The notes under the pieces: model-generated
What the model saw: the letters and a program-made list of their open reading frames with translations, nothing else
Databases searched by the model: none
Told to the model about the DNA's origin: nothing
Source of the DNA: Amoebidium appalachense
Taxonomy: Eukaryota; Protista; Ichthyosporea
Reading direction: 5' to 3'
Assembly (NCBI GenBank): GCA_963693365.1
Contig: CAVNZM010000007.1
Span: 5,143,962 to 5,207,961 of the forward strand
Length of the DNA: 64,000 nt
Program-made: the position numbers and the translations under genes
In this document: in pieces, positions 53,908 to 64,000 of the stretch
Layout of the letters: every line of letters starts with the position of its first letter
Numbering within the stretch: the first letter of the stretch is position 1

Positions 53908-53988
53908 CTCAATATCATGTCTTTGAAGGTGGATTTTGCACCATTACGCAATGTTACGGCTATGCGGGCCCGGCGCATAGATATAAAT
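53908..53988 (+). promoter_or_regulatory. Conserved promoter blocks of DUF2087 copy B
   Basis: CTCAATATCAT, ATTACGCAA and AGATATAAAT, shared with copy A. Confidence 0.55.
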
Positions 53989-54195
53989 TGCCGAGTGGGG
54001 CAACTTTTTGATCACCCAGTCAGCCAACGGCAAAAAGTTTTTGCAGTTGTAGACTTGTAGTGAAACTTTCAGCGAAGGTTTTCGTTGCTATCTTTCTCTC
54101 TTTCTTTTTGAGTTTTTTTTTGCGCCGCCGGGTATTAAAATCTTTTGCCTCTTTCGCCCCCCATAACCAACGAACTTCCCAACCAACAAAGAAGA

Positions 54196-54684
54196 ATGGT
54201 TGCCGACACCTTTCCATCCAACCGCGACCAGCTCATAGCCGACCTGGGCGGGTTTCTTACCCCCGACGGAGTCATCGCTGGGTGGCCGGGTAAAAAGCAC
54301 CGCGCACTGAAAGACCTCATGATTGCCTATGTGTGGTCCCGCTTAGAAACCGGCAAGCGCTTTACAGAGGCCGAGATTACAGCTGCTATAAGCGAGGCGG
54401 TGGGATCCTGTGGTGGTGATGTCATCATTTTGCGGCGTGAGTTGTTTGAGGCTGGGTTGTTGGGACGGGAGGGGGATGGGTCCTCCTATTGGGTTAAGGA
54501 GGAGGGAATTGAGAGCAACCCGTGGACACGTGACAGGGCTTGGATAGGAGAGGTTAAGGGGAGGGCGGAGAAGCAGAGGGATCCCTCTTCGCTTGCGTGG
54601 AAGGTGCAGGAGGTGACGGGTGAGGCGGGGACGGGCGCGAGTAAGAAGATAACGGGTTTCTTAGACTGGATGGACGATGAGTGA
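54196..54684 (+). CDS. DUF2087-like protein, copy B (intronless, 162 aa)
   Basis: Paralogue of 51559-52005 with many third-position differences, indicating coding selection. Same DUF2087-like motifs. Confidence 0.8.
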   Translation: MVADTFPSNRDQLIADLGGFLTPDGVIAGWPGKKHRALKDLMIAYVWSRLETGKRFTEAEITAAISEAVGSCGGDVIILRRELFEAGLLGREGDGSSYWVKEEGIESNPWTRDRAWIGEVKGRAEKQRDPSSLAWKVQEVTGEAGTGASKKITGFLDWMDDE

Positions 54685-55286
54685 ATGGGGATGGTGGAAG
54701 AGGATGTTAGTCATAATGGTGATGATAGGTTAGCTGTTGTGCTGGATCTTTTATAGTAACTCCTGTTTAGAGATGGAAGCTACATATGTTGAGTGGAGGG
54801 TGTGTTTTCTTGGGAAGTCCCCTTATGGAGCATGTGTTCCGACAGAGTCTTCAGACTATTAGTATTAGAGTATGTTGTTCGCTGAGGCATATTGACGTTC
54901 CATGGTGTGGGCCTTCAGAGCAACTTAGATATCTACTTATCTCAACTCCTTTATATATACACAGATAACGGTATCCATTTAAGCAGCAGTGAGAATTATT
55001 CTCAACGACCACTGTAAATACCTACTCGTACAGCCATGTCGGTGTAGGCAACCTGGCAGTGACAAAATAAAGCTTGAGTTACCAGAATATACGAAACTTT
55101 TTTTTCCTTCTTCTCTTCCCTCCCTCTGACCTTGTCCCCCCCCCCCCCCCCCCCTCCCCCCCCCCCCCCAAAAAAAAAGAAAGCGAAACGAAAAGAAAGG
55201 AAGCAAGAAACTGAAAAAACAAAAAAAAGGTGTGTGCGCGCACGCACACACACACACGCACACGCACACGCACACGCACACACACA

Positions 55287-55326
<40 letters not shown>

Positions 55327-55451
55327 AACACACACAGGCAATCTCCCTCCCCCCGACCCCCTTTTCCCCCTCTCCTTGCTCCGCATGCCCTCATTTCCCC
55401 TCCCCTTGCCCCTCTCCCCCCCAACACGTGCGCGCACTCGCGCCCGGCGCG

Positions 55452-55483
<32 letters not shown>

Positions 55484-55490
55484 GCGCACG

Positions 55491-55561
<71 letters not shown>

Positions 55562-55598
55562 GCACGCACACACACACGCACGTGCACACATACACACA

Positions 55599-55636
<38 letters not shown>

Positions 55637-55794
55637 CCCATATGCACTGATTGTGACTTGTCACCGGTGTGTGCGCGCTCAAAAAGTCTCATAATCAGTT
55701 CATATGGGCATTGCCGCTCTGCCCGGAAGCCGTTCATCTCACACGCATCAAGACAGCCATGGGCCTCCCTCCTCTCCCCCCCCCCCCCTCCCCC

Positions 55795-55831
<37 letters not shown>

Positions 55832-57030
55832 CCCCCCCCCTCTCTCTCTCCCCCCCCCCCCCCTTTCACTCCCTCTCCAAGGTTGTGCCCCGAGGCTCCT
55901 CCGCCCTCCCCCCCTTGCCCCTAAGGTCTCTCTCTCCCCCCCCCCACCTCCCCCCTCCCCCCCCCTACACCCACCACCACCACCACCACCACCACCACCA
56001 CCAACCCTTCTCTCCCCTTAAATAAATGAGGAGGAGGGAAGCGGAGGGGGAAAAAAAAAAACACCAGCTAAAAACACCTCGGGTTGTACCAGCGGCCATA
56101 AAGATAAAACAAACACAAAAGTGAAGATGAGCCCGGATGCATGCACCCAGATGCACCCAGATGCATGCAGGTATGTGTGTTTTAATATAATTATAATCAG
56201 GACAGTTAGGCAAGTAAAACTAGTTTGCCTACAACACATGAAAAATTACCCTGGCGGCGGAGGGTGCATGCATATGCAAAGGCTCTACGGGAAGGCGGTA
56301 AATGGATGGGACTAGGAAAGACCTCTGACCTTGGAAAGATCAAAGGTTTCACCCTTACTTAGAGGGGCAACGGAGCGTAGAGCAAGGGAGCAGATCTCGA
56401 GGTGGCAGAGGGAGGGCTATTTACCGAACTGAGGATGCCATTGGGAGGCTAATAGATAGATCGCGACCACTGATCAACCTGGGAGGGTATTGCATAGTTA
56501 GTTTTCATTTGATGTGGACAGGTCGGCGCAGAGCCACATGCAAGGTATGCATGCAGCTTAGTGGGATTGTGCCAGAATCACCATGCCTACCCATACGTAG
56601 TTTCTTCCACACCCCTCGTTAACGGTCAATTAACTTCTTGAAAAACTGCAGTTGCGCCGAAAAGCTTGCTTAGGGGCTGATATCGTACCACCCATCTTAA
56701 TGATGATCAAACACCGTCATACAAAAAGGGAACTTCTGAAATGCTAATGTATGGTGTGAAGTGGGGTCCTTGCGTACAAATTCGCTGTTACAATGCACTG
56801 TGTGTGCCATGATGTACATACTGCTTTGACCCCCCTCCCCCCCCCCCCCTCCCCCCCCCCACACCCCCACCCCCTCCCCCCTTTCCCTCCCTACATGCCC
56901 CCCCTCCTCCCCCCACCCCCACCCCCTCTCTCTTCCTACACAGTGTACCACCCACGCACACACAAGCAGGCAATATGACACCCTCCCTCCTCTCCAACCC
57001 CCCGTACCCCCCCCTACCCCCCCCCCCCCT

Positions 57031-57070
<40 letters not shown>

Positions 57071-57605
57071 TACCAGCACACACATGCTGATACACACGCA
57101 CACACACAGCAGCAACAATAGAAAGTTGCTGGAGTCTCAGGTTCAAGATTATATTACGGTAACTGCTGATGAACACACCATGTATGAAGCATAAAGTATC
57201 ACTATGACTATCCCCAGTGTAATTGGTTCTTAATGTTCGGAAGTCTGCTAAACAGGTTGACGGTGGGCGTTTTTCTTTTTTCCGGGCCTTAAATACCATG
57301 TTAACGTTGTAATAGTGTGTATTCACTTCGGAATCTGTGTGTGAGCATGCGCGCACGAGTGACTGCGCTTGTGTCGCATGGGCGGGGGGGGTAAAACGGG
57401 CTCGCAAAATGTCCAAGGTAGCTTCCACTCAATCACGGGCTCCCATGGCAAGCTCTAACATATCTAGGCTAAGGGAAGTGATTTCTCCCCCCCTCACCCC
57501 CCCCCCCCCCCCCCCTCCCCCTCCCCCCCCCCCCCCCCCCCTACAAAAAAAAAAAAAAAACGGCCACCACCACCACCGGCCCCCATGCACTGTCAGCCAC
57601 CGTGC

Positions 57606-57705
<100 letters not shown>

Positions 57706-57827
57706 AAAAAATATCTCTTCCCAACGCTCTTCAGACCCTTCAGAGCCTCTTCAGACACATGCACGCGCACGCACGTACTACACACAAACACGCACACACG
57801 CACACACGCACACGCACACACACCCGC

Positions 57828-57893
<66 letters not shown>

Positions 57894-58101
57894 TGCAGTT
57901 TGCAAATTATTGATCATTATTCCCAGTGCCAATGCACGAACTCACGTGCACGCACTCAAACTTTCAAAACACTCACACACGCACGCACGGACACATATCA
58001 AGGCTTGTTCAGTGCAACTTGCAATGGATTACGCACGGCGAATTCATGGCATAGATAGTGACGAGGGCAGTCGGTGACACCCCCTCCTCCCCCCCCCCCC
58101 C

Positions 58102-58142
<41 letters not shown>

Positions 58143-58203
58143 AACGTTGCACTACGACAACCACCACCAACAGCCCCCCCCCCCCCCCCCCCCCCCCCCC
58201 CTT

Positions 58204-58245
<42 letters not shown>

Positions 58246-58294
58246 CCACCACCACAACCACCACCAACAAGCGCTCCCCCCCCCCCCCCCCTCC

Positions 58295-58338
<44 letters not shown>

Positions 58339-58987
58339 ACCACCACCACCACCACCACCACTACCACCACCAAACATGTGCACACATGTCACAGCATGAT
58401 CTCTGAACGAGCGGCTGTGTCACAAAAAGAACCCCCAAGACCAACCATGAGCAAGGGGGGAACTGATGTAGGCCTAATCGATGGTCCAAATTTTTCTTTT
58501 GACTGGATTTATTCGACGGAAAGATATGCAAGTATGCACGGCATACTGAGAAGACAATAAAAACTTAACGACTTATCCAGTAACAAGTGCATACTGAGAT
58601 ACCTGAACACTGTGTGAAAATCATATAAATACTCAATGTGACGACCAACAGAATTCAACAAAAAGTCTAAAGTGTTCACATTACCAGTCAGTGTAGCAGA
58701 CACCCGTAGGGAAAGAGGTAAAACGCGACATAAAAAAACACACCTATCAACATGCTTTCGATTAAAAATGTGTTTTTTTGGTTATTCATTGAAAGCGCGC
58801 GGAAATTTTTGTTATAGAACAAGAAACCACAACTATTCCCTGGGGCGAAAGCTGTTAATTCGAAATGCAGCAAAATACGACACATGATGAGTACTATCAA
58901 ACAATATCATATGAAAACTTGGTAATAGATACAAAAAAGGGCACGATTATTATTGCATCAAATATATTTAATACATGGTTGGGGTGA

Positions 58988-59030
58988 ATCGGACGGAGCC
59001 ACTCAGTGGTAGAGGCAGTTAGTTGCAGCA
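58988..59030 (+). pseudogene. Decayed 5' half of the tRNA-Cys unit
   Basis: ATCGGACGGAGCCACTCAGTGGTAGAGGCAGTTAGTTGCAGC aligns to ATCGGAAGGGGCTATAGCTCAGTGGTAGAGCAATCGGTTGCAGC, including the leader. Confidence 0.6.
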
Positions 59031-59451
59031 AGTTCTTGAAGTTCAGGCAGTGATATGCCGCATGATATGAAGGTTCATGAATTTTGAAGGTGGGTTACGT
59101 AAACATTGGTGTGTAGGGAGATTTATGTTTGCCTAGTGACAGCCAATCACAATCTGGCGTCGGAATTTTTTGGAAGTGGTGGGAGTCCCAATAATAGGCT
59201 TCGAATTCCTACTGTTTCTAGGTTTTATGACTAGAAATAAACAACCAGGCCTTGCTAAAACTGCTTGTCTGTAATATTTTGTAGCCCATGCACATAAATA
59301 ACAATGATTAAATAGTCACCTCTAAACTCGGGTTGTCACTGTGCTAGTTAGTACATGTGGGAGCCTGGAGGCCCACTCCACGTGACGTGTGCGGTGAATG
59401 TGCGTGATCTCAAAGAACAAAATCTGTGAGGTGTCCCCATCTCCATCGGAA

Positions 59452-59523
59452 GGGGCTATAGCTCAGTGGTAGAGCAATCGGTTGCAGCCCGATAGGTCGC
59501 TAGTTCGAATCTGGCTGGTCCCT
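59452..59523 (+). tRNA. tRNA-Cys (GCA), copy 2
   Basis: Identical to the reverse complement of 22284-22355, with the same leader and 35-nt trailer, followed by a T-run. Confidence 0.93.
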
Positions 59524-60370
59524 ATGGCCCCCGACGCAGGGGTGCAAACCTTCCGCTCTATTTTTTTCCCCCCCCCTTCTTTTTCCCTCTCGGCCCCTCC
59601 CGCATACAAAAGTTTTTAGTCCTTCCTTTTTGACAACCCCTCGATCAGCGCTAGTCTCTGGGACAATGCAGTACTTCTAATTCATTCCCATTCTCCTCTT
59701 ATCTTTTTTTTATTCCATGTCGCTGTGGTGCTCACTATACGTATCGCTAGCACTAGTACTCTCACCGATTCCATACCAAAAAAAAAAAACCACGCCTTTG
59801 AAAACGGCACCACAACTTGGTTTACCAAGCTTGGGTGAAAAATGAGCTTGTCAGTTGGTCGAACCCTCAGCCTGGGGTCGCCACTCGGAGTCATCAAATG
59901 ATGGGGCTGTCTAATATCCCTCGGTGCAGGGACCTCGCGGGGAGAGGGGGGGGGGGGGGGGGGGGGGGTGGGGACATGCCACACACCACGTGGCAGTCAA
60001 GCCCGAGATCAACCTAATTGAATTATGCATGATGCAGCCGGGCAGTATACCATTGAAATTAAAGGCGTGAAACCGTTTTATATATTTATTTAATTATTTA
60101 TTTTTTGATTCATTCCAAGATACATGCAACCATGTACTACATGTTGGCGCTGCCTGGATTACAAACAGCATGCGTTTCGTAGCCAAAGTGCAGAATGCAC
60201 CCAATCAAATCCCAGACAAAAAAAAATGAAGAAGAACAAGAAGAAGAAGAAGAAGAAGAACGTGGGGGGGAGGGGGGAGAGAGAAAGAAAGAAGGAAAGG
60301 GAAGAATGATGGTTTGGGAGTGAAAAAGAGAAGCGGGGAGGGGGGGAGGGGGGAGGGGGGGGGGGGGGGG

Positions 60371-60482
60371 TTTGAATGCGTCATAAAGTACGAAGTATAC
60401 AAGAACAAACGGATAACACGATGTAGAATGCAAGACATACATAAAGAGCATGTATAATAAGCAGAGCCCATCCTCAGGGGGG
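60371..60482 (-). repeat. ~110-bp repeat family copy with no host gene identified
   Basis: Minus strand: CCCCTGAGGATGGGCTCTGCTTATTATACATG...TTGCATTCTACATCGTGTTATCCG...TACTTCGTACTTTATGACGCATTCAAACCCC. Confidence 0.8.
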
Positions 60483-60944
60483 GCCCACGTCATCCACAGT
60501 ACCCGAGTTTCGACCTATTCGCCTCGTTACCGAAACCCAACTCAGATACTGTTTCACCTGAACATGGGTAGGTCACCCGTCTTGATCAGAGACGAGCAGG
60601 GGGGGGGGGGAAGGGGAGGGCAAGCTTAAGTGAGGGGAAGGTATCATTTTGCACTAAGTTGTCAACTGTGACAGAATATTGTAGCTCAAGTTGGTAACAT
60701 TCATGCCACTACGTATACATATCAGCAAAAAGCAAAAACACCACAACACAGCAAACACTGAACGTGTCACCAGTAATGTAAATCGCATTTTTGTCCTTAG
60801 TCCGGATTTATGTTGCCTATTTCATGCTTCTTATGCGTCTGGAAATTTTTTTTTTTGATACCATACATCAGTAATAGTAAGGGAAATCCTTGGGGGATCA
60901 CTAGTTTACTTGAACCTTCATGCTAATGAGAAATCTGAAGTATG

Positions 60945-60979
<35 letters not shown>

Positions 60980-61000
60980 TGTGTGTCTGTCTGTCTGTCT

Positions 61001-61089
<89 letters not shown>

Positions 61090-61455
61090 AAAACTTAAAG
61101 TAAAGGTTCAAACTTTTGTTGCTTTACTCAAAAAGAAAATTGGAAAAGGAAAAATCCTACTTTCACGAGGTAAATTCCGGAGACCGTTGTAATTGTCCCT
61201 CTTACGACCATCCCAACCAGATGAACATTCAATTGCCATCCGCCCATATTCTCAAAACAACCGGCACCAGAAAACACAAATTCCGGCAATGAATTTTTGC
61301 TTATCTATCCATCTAGTTAGGTGCAGAATACACAATACATTCCATGCACAACGTCCACCGTGAAAATCCCTACCACACACACACAAAAAAAAGCAAAACC
61401 CCGCGCGCGTAATCCCAAAATCGTTTTTTCTTTTTCTTTTAATTTCTTTTTTTTT

Positions 61456-61726
61456 TCATTCCCGCACTCCCTTTCCTTCCCTCTCCCCCTCCCCTTCTTC
61501 CTCCCCGTCGGAAACGTCCGGAAGGATGACGTCACCATCGTCACCAAACGACACCCGGCTCACCTCGAGAAATTCCCACCCCCTCTCCACCCACCCGACC
61601 ACCGGAGCCGGCCCCTTTGCCGGCTTTCCCTCTGGTCGGTATTTGATTGGGCTGGCGTGTTTTGTGGTTTTAGATCCACCAATGGCGTGGATGGAGCCGA
61701 TGATGGACCACCCGGTCTGGCACTGT

Positions 61727-61802
<76 letters not shown>

Positions 61803-62427
61803 ACGGTTAGTTGTGTGTGTGTGTGTGTGTGTGTGTGGGTGTGTGTGTGTTTGTGTGTGTGTGTGTTGTTGTTTAAAGATGGGGGGGGGGAGGGAGGGGA
61901 GGCGGAGGTTTGGGTCGGATCTGGAGCGAATGTGTGTGTGTGTGTGTGTGGTGCATGGGTGTGTGTATGTGTGTGTGTGTGTGGTGCATGGGTGCGTGTA
62001 TGTGTGTGTGTGTGTGGTGCATGGGTGCGTGTATGTGTGTGTGTGTGTGGTGCATGGGTGCGTGTATGTGTGTGTGTGTGTGGTGCATGGGTGCGTGTAT
62101 GTGTGTGTGTGTGTGGTGCATGGGTGCGTGTATGTGTGTGTGTGTGTGGTGCATGGGTGCGTGTATGTGTGTGTGAACGTGTATGAGGGTTGGTGCAAGA
62201 AGGTCGAGCCCCCCCCAACCCCCCATTCCCCCTCTCCCTGGGAGAGACACCACCACCGCGTACCAACGACAAATAATCAAACACAACACACACACCCACA
62301 GCCACACAAACACACGAACACGCACACACAGGTGTGCCCCTGCACCCGTGCACGCGCATACACACACTTAGATACAACACTCACGAACCACACAGGGAGC
62401 CTCCCTCCCCCCCCCCCTCCCTCCCCA

Positions 62428-62459
<32 letters not shown>

Positions 62460-62970
62460 ACCCCCCCCCCCCCCCCCCCCCCCCCTTCCCCTTTCCTCCT
62501 CAACCCACCCACCCACCCACACCCACACCCACCCACACACACAAACACACACACACACACACCTTTGCCAGTATGTTCACAGGCAGGTCCAGTGCAAATA
62601 CCCGTGCACAGTTTCTCAGCAGACTGCACATGGGTGCCCTTCTGCTCCTTAGGTCAAACCCCAACTGCACTAGGAGGGTGCGGCACTCGGGCTGCACGGC
62701 TACGATCTGGAACATACCGATCACAACACGGCCATTCTCTACCTCCGCTGTATGTGTGTGTGTGTGGATGTGTGTGTGTGAGGCGGAGGGGTAGGGTGGG
62801 GTTGGGGGGTGGGGGGGGGGGGCGGGTGGGTTGGAGAGTTGTTAGTGGGGGGGGGGGGGGAGGGGGGAAGGGGGGAGAGTTGGAAAGGTGTTTGGGGGGG
62901 GGGGGGGTGGGGGGGTGGGACGGGGGGTGGGACGGGGGTGGGGATGGATGGATGGGTGGGTGGAAGGGGG

Positions 62971-63059
<89 letters not shown>

Positions 63060-63392
63060 TGTGTATTTGTGTGCAGCCGTGTGTGTGTGTATTTGTTTTG
63101 CGACTGGGGGGGGGGGGGGGGGGGGGGGGGGGAGGGGGGGGGGTGTTTGTGCGCGTGTGTTTGTGTGTGTGCGCGCGCGTGTGTATGTTTTGCGACTGGG
63201 GGGAGGGGAGGGGAGGGCAGAGGAGTCAACATCCGGTAGATATACAAAATGCGAAGTGATACGGCAACACAAAAGAAGAGACTCTCCCTGACGCTGTACA
63301 AAAACCAACATACAAAAAAACATGCAGCAGAAGCAGAGATCCCACCACATGTGACCCGATTCAGTCATAATACGAGCATTATGACCTATTCC
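61456..63392 (-). CDS. 3' part of an unknown spliced gene, probably continuing beyond the window
   Basis: Exons 63392-63314 (less certain), 62747-62563 and 61722-61456 have canonical sites and compatible phases: ...[32 protein letters not shown]...LPVNILAK|[16 protein letters not shown]...[10 protein letters not shown]...*. No family recognised. Confidence 0.6.
61940..62175. repeat. ~32-bp minisatellite derived from (GT)n, about 7 units
   Basis: (GT)n-GGTGCATGGGTGCGTGTAT repeated. Confidence 0.9.
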
Positions 63393-63432
63393 CTGGATGT
63401 TGAGGAACGTGGGAGAAGGGGGGAATGGTGGG

Positions 63433-63474
<42 letters not shown>

Positions 63475-63776
63475 GGGAGTGGGGGTGGGGGGGGGGGGGG
63501 GGGGGGGTGGGGGGGGGGGGGGAAGGGGAGGGTAGAATGTGTAATAGAGTATGAAGAACACAACAATAATGGACAACACAATGCAGAGTGTAAACCACGG
63601 GAGGAGGCAGGGGGGCCCCGGGGGGAGGGGGGGCAGGGGGAGGGGGGAGGGGGGAGGGTGGGAGGGTGTAGAGCATGTTACACGGCACAGATACAAAGCT
63701 ACACAACAAAACAAAGGCTTGATACGGTGCTGAATATCAACAGCATGCGACAAAAGAGCACACTTTTAGTACTAAG

Positions 63777-63985
63777 GGATATGCCACATAAATCTAGGGC
63801 AGGATAAGCTGCATAACTCCGGGTGGAAATATCCCACACAATACGGGGATGGTTGCCACATACATCAATTTTGGTGATCATGCAACAAAAAGTTCCTGGA
63901 TATGCCACAGATATCTGGGCCGGATATGCCACAAAAATATATCTGGGCAAGATATGCCACAGTTATCTGGGCTGGACTTGCCACA
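63777..63985. repeat. Degenerate ~24-bp tandem repeat
   Basis: GGATATGCCACA-N3-7-ATCTGGGC units, about 8 copies. Confidence 0.8.
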
Positions 63986-64000
63986 CACACACACGTACAC

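Noticed and set aside
56330-56500. Possible degenerate retroelement RT fragment
   Set aside because: Only a vague motif resemblance with stops in the frames examined; unsupported without a search.
63777-63985. GGATATGCCACA repeats as a CRISPR-like array
   Set aside because: Units are degenerate, the intervening pieces are only a few nt, and no cas genes are present.

Overview
This is eukaryotic genomic DNA, probably from a unicellular eukaryote; the lineage cannot be fixed from the sequence alone. It has GT-AG introns full of poly-C/poly-G and (CA)n/(GT)n tracts, so most supplied ORFs are low-complexity artefacts. Manual splicing gives an intronless ATP-grasp ligase, an 8-exon cathepsin X/Z-like protease, a 3-exon PA-TM-RING E3 ligase and a 14-exon TOM1-like VHS-GAT adaptor. 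It also gives a 7-exon E3 ligase joining five MIU-like ubiquitin-binding helices to a MYCBP2-type RING-Cys-relay (RCR) module, two tandem intronless DUF2087-like genes, and the 3' part of an unknown gene. There are two identical tRNA-Cys(GCA) units sharing a structured 35-nt trailer, plus a decayed third copy, and MITE-like and tandem repeats. The most notable signals are: (1) a ~110-bp hairpin-forming repeat family in intronic poly-C runs, always on the host sense strand and ending in a branch-point-like TTCTAAC; (2) the compact MIU-RCR ligase; (3) the tRNA-Cys plus trailer unit; (4) introns whose acceptors are (CA)nG with no polypyrimidine tract. Family assignments come from recalled motifs, not database searches.
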